DNA from: Octopus vulgaris
Taxonomy: Eukaryota
Assembly (NCBI GenBank): GCA_951406725.2
Contig: OX597817.1
Span: forward strand, 74,028,001 to 74,092,000
DNA: 64,000 bases
Direction: 5' to 3'
Position numbers and translations under genes: made by a program. Below the pieces are notes generated by a model. The model saw only the letters and a list, made by a program, of their open reading frames with translations. It was not told where the DNA came from and made no database searches. Shown here piece by piece: positions 24,656 to 37,439 of this stretch (positions are counted from its first letter, which is position 1; each line of letters opens with the position of its first letter).

Positions 24656-27600
24656 GGCGGCCATACTGTGAAGTCACGGAAATTTGGTGCTCCGTAAGTT
24701 GAAAAAAGTGTTTGTAATCTTTTCGGCCTTCTAAGGTTCCGTCTTTCCAATTCTTTTGTAACAATAACACTTCCAAGATTGTTTGGACTGCGCAGATAGT
24801 ATTTTTGTGAAGAAACACCCCCTGCAAAACAGGGGGTGTACTTCAATAATTTTTGAATTTTAACTGCTTTCGACAAAAACAAATATTTTGCAAATTTCTG
24901 TAATTATTTAAAGATGGCTGATAAAGAAGCCATCATAATGTTCGACAAAGGAACGCACTCTTTGTCAGGAAACATTGAGAACGAGCAAAGAATTGAGAAT
25001 ATGAATATCGAATGGCCTAAACTTAATGACGTCACCGCGGCGAAAAATGTTTCGTCTCCGAGCAACGTCTAAACTTTCGGTGTCGACAACGAGAACATCA
25101 GCAACTGCAGCAGAAGTGACAGCAGCAACAACAACAACAGCAGCAGCAACATCAATACGAAAGAAAGAAAACATAAAAGCGCAAATATCACCTCTGCGTC
25201 TTTTACGTCAACGGCGGGAAATGTGGCAAGTTTCCACATAGATGAATAAAAATTAAAATTTGCAATAAAAATTCTAAAAAGAGTTGGGAGAAGGATAGCT
25301 CTAAACCCTCCATCCGACGTGATAGAAAATATCGCAAGATGCACGGTAACATACCGTTGCATTGGAGCCAAGTCTCGGCGGGTGGAAAATGCTCTTGAGA
25401 GCGAAGTACATAAGTGCCTTGGGTGCGTGTAGGAACAATAGATCCATATCACCCGAGGAAAGAAGTTTGGAATCGCTGAGGTGAGATTTGGGACAGAAGA
25501 AGCTATAGGTAATTCCGCAACCACTTTGAGGAATGACAACTTTTTCTTAATCTCCAGCTATCGCAGCCAACGTCTTGCCAAAATTGGGGTGCTGAATGTG
25601 CCACCAGAAATATCCATTATCTGGTTAGTGGTGGCCTCCTTGGCAGGTTTAGAAGACGAAGTTACAATATTAGAGGTCAAGAAACTACCTACACAAAACT
25701 GGTAAGTATAGGTATGGAACTGACCTTGCCATGCAAGCAGGACCATATCGACCAGCTACCCGATCTAATCGCTCTCTCGGGTGGTACTCACCTGTCAATG
25801 TTCGTGCAGTGTAGAAAGCCACACATGTGGATCTATAAAGCTTAAGGCTTTCTGCCCTGAAACAAAGAAGAATAAGGTTCCAATGCTGCCAACATTACGA
25901 ACAACACCAGTGCAAAATCATAAACAAGTACTCAAGACTCCTACACCTACTCTCACACCCACGCTGACAACCAAACAATAACCAAAACAAAGAAGGGTTT
26001 TACCTCCGGTTGCCACGGTAAAGCAAGTTTCTCTCTTCCTCCCAAACCAACGGCAACTGCAATGACAAGGACAAAGAAGGACTGAACGATCAATGGATCA
26101 CAGTGATAAAAGGGGTAAGCGAAAGAGGAGGAGAGTACATAGGCCTACTCCAAGAAATCAACGAAAACTCATTCTGAAACCACAACTGCAACACAATTCA
26201 CAACCACTCCAACAAAAACAACAATAACAAGATCAACAACTTCAAAAACAGCAATATCAACATCACCAGCAACAGCATAAAACATCATCAACAACAGCAT
26301 GAAATCACAGAAAACAGAAACAACCAATTACAGAACTTCAAAAATATTCATCAGACTGCAGACGAAATGATAACCATCAATTTCAGTTGTGAACAAGTAT
26401 AACAGTGAATTGCTGGATTTTGTAAGTTAAAACAAAAACAAAATAGAGACAGGGGGAAAGAAATTTGAGGATTTTATCACTGGTAACACTGCTGAGAAAG
26501 GACGCCGACAATGGGGACGTGCTAGGGAATTTTCGACCCATAACTCTGCTATACACAGAGTTTAAGATTTTGGCTAAGGTGTTAGCGAAATGGTTGGCGC
26601 TTGTCATTGGTAGTCTTGTCGGGAAGGCACAAACGTGCGCAGTACAAGTAGGTCTATCCACGACTACCTCCACCTTATGTGATACATCGCATAAAGCTGG
26701 CTTCAATTTAGATCAGTCGAAAGCTTTCGATAGGGTAGACCATCGCTACTTGGCAGCCGCCCTCAATACTACCGAAGCATGTCGACGATCTGCACAATCC
26801 TAAAGAAAAAGGACGACATTAAACCCATTACAACAGCAAAGTGTGTCTCCAGGCTCTTCAAGCAACACACATCTGTCAACGAAGAGATGGAAAAATTACT
26901 TCTCCTGCAGATCAATGAGAAACAACTCGCAGGGGATCTGATTACGGAGACCATCATCTGCGAGTGCTGCATGGTGATTTCCTGAAGCAGAACCCTGGAA
27001 CATCGACGGAAGAGACATCAGAAGACGCATTTAAGGCCAGTCGCGGCTGGTTCGATATTTCAAGAAGAGGACTGGTGTTCATAGCGTCGTCGGATATGGA
27101 TAAGCAGCGAGTTCTGACACGAAGGCAGTTGAGTATTTCGTGCGTGAATTCCGTCAGCTCATCGTAGCCGAGAGGTACATTGTACAACAGGAATATTCAA
27201 CTGTGATGAAACTGGTCTTTCTTTGGAAAACAATGCCCGGAAGAGCCTACATAACTGCAGACGAGAAGAAAACGCCATGCCACTGGCCTATGCAAAAGGC
27301 TAAATCTCGCCTTTCGTGCTAATGCGAATGGAGACTTGAAGATTAAGCCTTTCCTTGTCAATCATTCCGAAAACCTACGAGCGTTCAAGTCGCACAAAAG
27401 CCTGAAGGAGAAGCTGCAGGTCATGTGAAGGGCAAACGTTAAAGCCTGGGTCACCAGGCAATTCTCCACCGGGTGGGTCAACCTTATCTTCGGACCAGCA
27501 GCGAAAATGTACCTTCTGGAGAACGATCTTACTCTCAAGGAACTCGTCTTCCTCGACACCCTCCTAACATCGAAGATGATATCCTGGACGAATTTAAATT

Positions 27601-29494
27601 CATAAAAGTGCTATACCTTTCACGCAACCAGGTGATTTCTAATCTTAAGAAATTGTACACCTAACACCTATTTCATCTGTGCTTTGAAGTTACCGAAAAT
27701 ACAATTATAACCCTTCGTGAGTTTTGGAAGGAGCACTACAACATTGTTTACTGCCTGAAAATCATCGATATGGCCTGGCAGGGAGTAACGAGGAGAACAC
27801 TGAATTCTGCATGGAGGAAACTGTGGCCTGACTGCGTATCCGAAAGAGACTTGGAGGTATTTGAGTCTGATACACCTGTAGTCGAAGAGATAGTGTCTCT
27901 TGACCAGTCCATGGACCACGATGTTAACGATGGGGACATTAACGATCAAGTCGAGGAACACTCAGGAGAGCTGATGACAGATAAACTCTTGCAGCTTCAG
28001 GAGCAGCAGCATTCGGATGCAGAGGAAGAAATTGGTTCCCCGGAGTATAACAGAGAATGCTATCTCCACAAGTGATATAAAGGCAGTGTCGGCAAAGTGG
28101 CTGTATGTTTCTGAATTTGTAGAAAGATATCATCCTGAAAAAGTATCTACAGGTCGTGCTGCTGTTTTATTTAATGACACTGCTCTGGCGCATTTTCGTA
28201 ACATTTTGAAAGGGAGGAAAAAGCAGACTTCTCTTGATATATTTCCTCCTCCTCCCCGCTCCTCGCGCACACATCTTGCCATCTTTTCAGCAACTAAATT
28301 AGTAAAACCAATTTGCATATTTCTTTTGCATTCTCTTTTATGCTTTTATAACTGTCATTTTCCTTGTAACTGCACCTTTTTTGTTTTAAAACCAATAAAA
28401 AATAATTTTCGGTGATTTGGTGGTGGGGTGGGAACTGGAACGGATTAATTATATTTTAATTAATTTCAATGGGAAAAATTGATCTGTATAACGAGTAAAT
28501 TGTAAAACGAGCTCGGTCATGAAACGAATTAAACTCGTACAGCGAGGTATCACTGTACTTCAACTCATAAGACAGCTCATAGCACTAGTATCAAGACCAC
28601 CACCACCACCACCACCACCACCGTCACTCTCTTCTCTTCTGTACGTGCTGGCTATTGAGCCTTTATTGAGGAAGTTGGCTATTTCGAAGGGCATCCCGCG
28701 TGATCTAGGATGCGGAAGGTTCATGTCTGCTCATGCAGACGACATCACAGTAATAATGTGGGATACCTTGGAAATCGAGGTAATCGGCTCTACCTTGAGA
28801 GAGTACGTAGCGCTGACAGGAGTAAAAATTAACTAGGACAAGTCGGTGGGCCTGCAGTTTGACACCTGGAGAGGCAGTTCCATGCCAAGTGACAGCGTGG
28901 TGGGGCGCTTGACAGAATGACCGGTTAAACTGCTCGGGTACTGGTTTGGTACCTCCAGGTAAACAAGAGATGGGGGAGGTAACGAACAAGGTAGCCAATC
29001 TCATTCAGAAATGGGCAGAGAGAATATCGTCCCCTGTCTTCCTTAGGCCGGGAAAGAAAGGCAATTTTTCTCTGTTTGGTGGCTATAGCGAAGGAGGTAG
29101 TGTGGTGGACGAGATTGAAGGGACTGAAGACAGATACTTTCCTTTTCGGCCAAGCCCTCATCGACATTTTCAAGTTCAACTTGAAAAAGAAAGTGAGATT
29201 AGAGAGGAAAGTTCTGCTTCCCATCCCAGTAAATTTCTTGAAAGGTAAGCGCGTGTGGCGAGGATGGCCCGTGTGAACTCAGAGGAGTTGAGAAGGAGAG
29301 AGACTCCTGCTGAGGTGCATCTGGCAGTCGGGATAACCAGAATGTGTGGAGTTCCTTGGTTGTTCCTTTGAAGAACTTCTACATTTTGGGGAATTTTATT
29401 GTTTACTCGATTTTTCTATCAAACTCTACGTGTCCCCAGTTTTGTATTGTTCCTATTTCTTATGTGTTTGGCCTTTGTGGCCAATAAAGAAACG
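24655..29494 (+). mobile_element. L1/Tx1-clade LINE (copy 2): 5' UTR, ORF1 relic, RT pieces and 3' end; endonuclease deleted; interrupted by a pogo element
   Basis: ORF1-like MADKEA...EVRFGTEEA...IGVLNVPPEI plus a Cys-rich and a Gln-rich segment (24914-26400); RT FRPITLL..KILAKVLA, LDQSKAFDRVDH (26465-26765), LSSLLYVLAIEPLL, HADD (28625-28760); tail aataaagaaac+(ATT)n. Confidence 0.85.
26766..28555 (+). mobile_element. pogo/Tigger-like DNA transposon, 5'-truncated, transposase pseudogene
   Basis: STICTILKKK, FKASRGWF, FNCDETGLF/WKTMP, ANANGDLKIKP, NVKAWVT, SAWRKLWP; right end ...cgaggtatcactg+TA. Confidence 0.92.
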
Positions 29495-29527
29495 ATTATT
29501 ATTATTATTATTATTATCATCATTATG

Positions 29528-29589
<62 letters not shown>

Positions 29590-30298
29590 TAACACTTCCG
29601 GAAAATTCTGATGAAAATGATTTTAAAATTCTCTTTGCACATTATGATTAAAATAATTCCTATTGTAATTTGAACGTATCGATCTTTCTGTCTTTTTACT
29701 TTGAGACGAAATGAAAATTAATAATTAAATGTAATTAATGAACCTAAATAATTGTTTACTGAAGGAGCTTTTCGTTTTAGAAATAATAATCAGAATTTGT
29801 GAGGAAGCTTTAAATCGGACATAATTCAGACAATTTTGTGTATCCGATTCATTTAAATTTTAATCGGACGTAGAAGATCAAAACGGACTTATTTTATAGA
29901 TCTCAATTTTAAAAATTAAGTTATACGCCATAAATGTACACTAACAGAAGCCACACTGGTGCTTTTGCAATTCTGAATATAAAACAAACATGTCTGAAAA
30001 CTAACGTGGGTAAATATTATCAGCCTTTTCTTTATGCAGTTCGCTCTTAGAAAATAGAGTGGACAAGCCTCGGGAAATAACAAGAAATTAATGGAGGTGC
30101 GAGAACAGTGAGAATTATAAATTAATTAAATCATTAATTAATTTATTGGAGGGATTGTCTGATATTCACGAACCTGTCAGTTGATGCTTGCGGTCATCAA
30201 CAGACTGACACTTTTATTGTGAAAATGCCTTTGTTGTCCATTTCACTTACAATAAGACCTACTACCTCGTCTGAATATATATTCATCAACCGTATATG

Positions 30299-30379
<81 letters not shown>

Positions 30380-30531
30380 TATCGTTGTTATTATGTTACA
30401 CTGTCGTATGTTCAAATTTAGCCAAATGTGTGTTTTTCAATATTTATTGTTGCAACACCCGGTTCTTTTGGTCAAACTATCTTATCTGCAGCTGCTTCAG
30501 ATACCAAGACACCAGAAATTGTCGAAGTGTA

Positions 30532-30870
30532 ACACAAGCTATTACTTCTAGTAAAGTAAAGAATAAGAAGCTTTTTACTTAAAATATTGAAGCAAAGAAT
30601 GCCAGTTCTTATAATTTATCACTCTTTACAGCTCTCATCCTTTAAATTTATAGTACAAAACTGTTCAGCTAATTTTAAAATTTGTCTAATTAGTCACTTT
30701 TTCTGTATTTAAGGTAGTAAATTAGTCAAATTCTAATTAAATAAGTATAGTGTTGTTTGTAAACTATAATAAAATAAGTTTTAATATTCAAATTTTAATT
30801 TTAGCTGCAATATTTTAAGTAAAAAGTTTCTTATTCTTTACTTTACTAGAAGTAATAGTTTGTCCTATAC
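30532..30870. repeat. AT-rich fold-back / MITE-like inverted repeat
   Basis: ctattacttctagtaaagtaaagaataagaa..ttttacttaaaatattg pairs with caatattttaagtaaaaa..ttcttattctttactttactagaagtaatag. Confidence 0.85.
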
Positions 30871-33239
30871 TTTTACAGATGTAATAACTTGTCCTGTACT
30901 TTTCCCGATTTATAATCTTAAGAACATTACTTTTCATGAACTCATTTTCCCATATAATCGATGATTTTTCGAGGTATTGCTGTTATTAGATAATTAATAA
31001 TGTGTCAATTAATAATTTTAGATTTTACCCTATAAAATACTGGAAGATAATATTTCAATTTTTCATGTAAATGGTGATAATATTCCAATTTTTTTCATAT
31101 TTAATTTAAATATATGTTGTGTTTGAATTATTTGATATTACCCGTCCACACAAAATTAATGACAGGGAGTTTTACCATGTTGTTGGTTGCACCATGGCTC
31201 ACCAAAAGTTACCAACAACAAGACCCCAAAACCATCAGTTACCAGACTCACCTTAAAGACTCTAATTTCGCAATATTAGGAGGTCACAGGAATTCATACA
31301 ACAAAAAACAAAAATTTCCAATGATTCCGGAATTGGGGGGGGGGAACTACCCCACTCATTTTTCCTGAACCAAAATAAGAGATTTGCAGCTTTGCAGCAT
31401 ATTAGGAGGTCAGGGTACTTGATTCCATGCAAAAAATCAAATTTTTTGTTATTTTTTTCTTAGTGGAAATCGTGTGGTGTTAAAATAGAAATTTACCATA
31501 ATGCTGTTCTTTAGCCTCAGATCAACCCTGATACTCCAAACCTATCATCAAAGACATTCCAGCCTTCAGCAAACCATCTTTTCAGGGACAATCTAGGACA
31601 TTACATACAATGGGCGTGTGATTTAGAAAGGGGGATACTTTGGCTGCTATTTATAGCGTGTCGAGTGACTAGGTAGAGGCTCTTTCATTGGTTCGATTGC
31701 GTGATGAGATTTTTTAACCATATATGTAATATGTATATATATCATCGGCAGAAGTTAGAGAGTAAATCAAAGGCTGAGAATTTCGTGTATTGGCAATTAT
31801 CAAATACGAATTTGTCCATTGTCACTTTGTAACTTCTGACGAAATAACTTCTAAAACACAAAATTTCGTCAAAATCTTAAGAGTAAAACCTGTCCTATGT
31901 GATACATTCTACCAGTATCGGACGTTTGAAAGTGTTTAGTTAAAAAATAATTAAGTGAATTATCTTTACGTCTAATTGAATAGCTCGCTGCCTTAGAATG
32001 CAAGCATTCATTTTAGAAATATATTCTTTATTCTTATTGCTTAGGCGTTACTTCTTACTTCCTCATTTACTGACATTAAATTTCGTAACATTTTACTTAA
32101 TAACTGTTTTTCTACTCACTTTTGTTCAATGCGACTAACGATTCTGAATTCCTCATGCATTTTTCTATCATTTAAACCTAAGAAAAGTATACTTTTAATT
32201 TAAAATTAAAAAATTAATGTTAATTGAAGATGAATATCTGCCTTACTGCCCACTTGAGGTCTGATATATTTTGATGAACCTTTTTTTCTACTGAACCAAA
32301 TCTCAAACTATTTATGCCAAAGTGTAGCTGAGGAGGTGTCCTCTTTAAAACTGCTAACAGTTTGCAATTTAGTTGAGAACTGAATTAGTGGTGAAGCTTG
32401 GAAGCTGCTGCGATTGACGAAATGGTGGGCTTAAGAATATATTTAACCACTACCGTGGTTGAATATATATAAATGTATATATATATATATATTTGTTGAG
32501 CAAGATTTTTTATTGGCTAAACTGGCAAAATGACCATTCCGAAATATAACAATATATATATATATATACGTAAATAATTAAGTATGTATGTATGTATGTA
32601 TGTATGTATGTATGATCTGTTTCGATTCCCGAACTGGTTGGTGCCTTGTGTTCTTGCATCTAACATGTGGCATTCCATGCACCTGTGCTTGTAACATCGA
32701 TTTGATCGAGCGAGTAAGATAATGTAGAGTACAAATATTTGATCACTAGAAGAAACAAATAATCATTACAGGTTGTTCTGCCAGAAATTGCGGGATCCTC
32801 ACCTATCATCTACGACAGGAGAGTCCACTATGTTCGCATGCATGTATGTATGTATAAGTTTTTGTATGCATATATCTATGTGTGTGTGTTGTGTATGTAT
32901 GTATGTATGTGTCTGTGTTGTATATGTATGTATCCCTGTGTGTATGTATGTATGTATGTATTATGTATGCATGTTTGCACATAAGTTGAAGGCATGGATA
33001 TCATTGCATATGCTAAACACTTGAATGATTTGTGCATTTTGATATGCTTGTATGTATGTTCTGGGTATATTTTCCGAATTTGTCCACCAATGGAGAAAGA
33101 GCCTGCTTCTGGCCTAGAAACAAAACTCTTCCATTGGAATTTAGACAATGTCAAACAGTGTACACTTGCATATATATATATATATATATATATAGCAATA
33201 ATAATTCTCTAAAAGGGATATAGACAGTAACTGCTCGAT

Positions 33240-33438
33240 ATAAGGGACTAAGCATCTGAATATGGCTATGGTGACTGTTGGCCAGGCGAACATCGACGTC
33301 ACCAGAAAGGCTCGACACCACCGTGACGGTGTCGAGCCTTTCTGGTGACGTCGATGTTGCCTGGGGCTAAATGCAACAGTAACACCCCCACCACCCTGCC
33401 CTGTCCCTAGCCATATTCAGATGGCTTTAGTCCCTTAT
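33240..33438. repeat. GC-rich fold-back with a perfect 31-bp inner stem
   Basis: 33289-33319 is the exact reverse complement of 33328-33358 (8-nt loop); outer arms pair with gaps. Confidence 0.95.
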
Positions 33439-33439
33439 G

Positions 33440-33478
<39 letters not shown>

Positions 33479-34627
33479 CATATATGTGTGTGTGTGTGTG
33501 TGTGTGCGCGCGTGAGTCGGGGGGTGTATACATGTATGTATGCAGGTATGTGTGTATGCATGTATGCATGCATAAATGTATGTATGTATGTATGTATGTA
33601 TGTATGTATGTATGTATATATGAATGTATGTATGCATTTATGTATGTCAATAAGCATGCATATATGATGATTGTATGTATGTTTGTATGTATATATGTAT
33701 GTATGTATGTACGTATGCATGTATGCATGTACGCATGTATGCACATATGTATATGCATGCGCATATGCATTATGCATGTACACATATATGCACATATGTG
33801 TGTATGTATATATGTATGCATGTATGCAAGTGCGTATGCATGTATGCAAGTGCGCATGCATGTATGTACATATGTATGCGTGTATGTACGTGTTTATGGG
33901 GATACATTCGAAGCAGTCTTTTTTTTTTTCTTGTATGCGTATGGTTTCCTATGCTTGTGCATGTGTATATGATCATTTCTCTGCTGCAAAGAAAAGGACA
34001 TTCGCATGTATATACCTGGGGAGGAGGTGAGTGGGTATGTGTGTGAATGTGTGTGTGTGTGCGCGCGTGTGCGTGCGTGTGTGTGTTTGTGTGTGTGTAT
34101 GTATGTGTATGTGAATGTGTTTGCTTGTGGTTAACTGACTGTATTATATAAATGTGCTCTGAAACGTGCGAATACTGTTCACGAATATCGGAAACAAACA
34201 TTATTCTATGGTGTCCTCTTAATCCTCTCCTCTGTCTATTTATCTGTCTGTCCGTCTATTTGTCTGTCTGTCTCACTGTATCTCTCTCTCTCTCTCTCTC
34301 TCTTCCCCTCTCTCTGTGTCTCCTTCTCTCATTCTCCCACCAAACACACTCATACACACACATAATGCACCACACCACGCACATTCACATAAAGCCTGAG
34401 TTCTACACAAAAGTATTCACCCGTCCGCTACGCAAACCAACAACTACTGATTTCAGCGTAATAAAACAATATCATTATAGCCTCTGTTATGTTTATGGCT
34501 GATGTCACGTGAGTTTAGTTTACATTGTAACCGAGAAGCACGCAGTCATGTTGCGTGTATGCATGTAAATTAGTGTATGTATGTGTATATATACATATAG
34601 GCATACGTGTGTATATATGTATATATC

Positions 34628-34662
<35 letters not shown>

Positions 34663-34794
34663 ATGAGTACGTACATTGTATGTATGTGTGCCCGACGAAG
34701 GCTAGTAATCTAATACTTTCAAGTCTCTGTCAAGCTTAATCTTGTAAAAGTTTCATAAATATATATTCTATTAAAAAGTATGAAGTTATCCTTA

Positions 34795-34867
<73 letters not shown>

Positions 34868-34974
34868 ATATATATATGTATGTATATATATATGTATGTA
34901 TTTATATGTATGTATATATATATATATATAAATAATATATATATATATATGCATATATGTATATACACGTGCAT

Positions 34975-36193
34975 ATATGGGTACAGGACCTCACCAACAT
35001 TAAACAACATGAAATACGAAAGCAAATGAGTTCAATGCGCAAACTACAAGAGAAGCAAATGGAAAACAGGACAAGTAACCTAAAAGAACGACCCTTCATC
35101 AGTTGTGGTTATCTGTCTTCTCCCTATTTCGAGCATTGAATAAGAGTCTTCGAAGACAGTTGCTGCCAGAAGTTCCAAAATAAAATTTGGGATTTTTGGA
35201 GGGTCGAAGTTGGGAAAAAAAACGGGCCAGTGGAGACATACAAGAAAACCGACGAAAACCAAAATGGAGGGTCATTAAACCAGAACGAGGGTAAAAATAA
35301 CGAACGCTGGAAAAATATTTTCTCTGGCATGAGAAAAGATAGAAGCGAGAGATAGGATATGCGCTGTCCTTAAGTCAGTCCCGAAAGAAAAGAAAGATGA
35401 TTACATGAGGAAGAGAAAGATGGACGATGGTCACATGTGAGCAACGAGAGAGAGAAACGGAGAAAGAGGGAGGGAGAGGGAGAAAGAGGGAGACAGACAG
35501 AAAATGGTGAAGGGGAGAAAAAAGGGAATTAGAGAAAGGATGAGACAGAAAACAGTATAGAGTCGTATCAAAAAGATAAATGTAAACTAACTTGGAAATG
35601 GATGCGTGGCGTTCAATCCAATAATAATATAAATAATATATTATATATATATATATGCATATATATAATATATATATATATAGTGTTTTCTCCTCCTTTT
35701 TCATCTGTCTATCTGTCTGTCTCCCTCTTTCTCCGTTTCTCTCGTTGTTCACACGTGACCTTCATCCATCTTTCTCTCATCAGGACTGTCTTAAGGACAG
35801 CACATATCCTACCTCTCTCTTCTACTTTTCTCCTGTTAATGAAAATATTTCTCCAGCGTTCGCTGTTTATACCCTCGTTCTGGTCTAGTAACCTTCCATG
35901 TTTGTTTTCGTTCGGTTTCCTTGTATGTCTCCACTGTTTCCTTTTTTGTCCCCATAAATCCCAAATTTCATTTTGGTATTTATGGGAGCAACTGTCTTCG
36001 AAGACTCATATTGTCGTTCAATGCTCGAAATGTGGAGTAGATAGACAACTGACAATTGATGAAGATTCGTTCTTTATGTTACTTGTCCTGTTTTCCTTTT
36101 CCATTTGTTTCTCTCGTTGTTTGCGTATTGAACTCATTTGCTTACGTATTTCATGTCGTTTACTGTTGGTGACGTTCTGTAGCCATATATTGT

Positions 36194-36227
<34 letters not shown>

Positions 36228-36319
36228 TGTGCGTGTGTGTGTGTATGCGTGTGTATGTGTGTGTGTGTATGTGTGTGTGTTATTTATATTGTTATATTGA
36301 ACGCCATGCATCCATTTCC

Positions 36320-36323
<4 letters not shown>
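34975..36323. repeat. Large diverged inverted repeat (~500-bp arms), Penelope-like
   Basis: 34975-35500 vs 35700-36190 (the ORF track shows the same peptide LRIELIC.RISC on opposite strands); second pair 35591-35637 vs 36281-36323. Confidence 0.85.
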
Positions 36324-36370
<47 letters not shown>

Positions 36371-36811
36371 GAGAGAGAGAAAGAGACAGAGAGATTTGTT
36401 TGAGAGTACACATCTCAACTTCTAAGAAAATTAGATCACTGAGACTGGTCAATAAGAAAAATAAAATTCAATTAAATTAATCAGAGAGTAATGACGATAA
36501 TATCTCTATGAATGAAATAGAATAGCTTATAAGAGTCTCCAATATATCATCCAAAACACACACACACACACACTTACATGCACAAATTTTATGTTCTTTT
36601 ACTACGATGTGACACCGACTTTGAGATTTTAGTCGTTTAAGTGTGTTACACATTCTAACGATAATTCTTAATTGAACTGGTGGTTTACTGGCCATAGAGG
36701 TACTCTAATATAAAGTAAGCCGGTCGTTATGTTTTTAATCCTAATATAAGCATAACCTCCGACATAAGCCCCCGACACAAATAAGCATTCATGTGCATGC
36801 ATGTTTTAACT

Positions 36812-37011
36812 TTTATCATCTACTTGCTTCAATCATTAGACTGTGGCTATGCTGGGACACTGCCTTGAATTTTTAGTCGAATGAATCGACCCCAGTACTT
36901 ATTTTTTCAAGCCTGCTACTTATTCTATCGGTGTCTTTAGCCGAACCGCTAAAATGCAGTTCGGTGAAATTGGTTGTGAAGTAATGATGGTAGTGGGGGT
37001 GAGAAATACAG

Positions 37012-37068
<57 letters not shown>

Positions 37069-37230
37069 TGTGAATATATACGAAGGGCTTCTTTCAGTTT
37101 CCGTCCATCGAATCAACTCAAAAGACTTTGGTAGGTACAAGACACTTGCTCAAGGCACCATGCAGTGGGATTGAACCTGGAATTATGTGGTTGGGAAGCA
37201 TGCTTCTTACCAGATACCAATGCCTGCGTC
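36812..37230 (-). mobile_element. Bipartite CORE-type SINE with (CA)n linker
   Basis: agacacttgctcaaggcaccatgcagtgggattgaacc head and gaaccgctaa/gtcgaatgaatcgaccccagtac tail in reverse orientation. Confidence 0.8.
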
Positions 37231-37439
37231 TACATAATAAAATATTATACGTACATGAGGATTGCCCAACCTTCACAAATGATTGCGAGCTTCCTCGTTG
37301 TCAATGGTGTTTCTGGCCTTCCGTCTATGACCTCTCTGATGATTGAGCAGTCACGCTGTAGACCTTCATAGTCGGAAGCCTGAGTGACACACGAAATGTG
37401 TGACTTTCACCGGATTGATCAGATTACTTTGTGGGACAT

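Noticed and set aside
35602-36300. 232-aa ORF
   Set aside because: It lies in one arm of the inverted repeat, the other arm has stops in the equivalent frame, and its ends are microsatellite.
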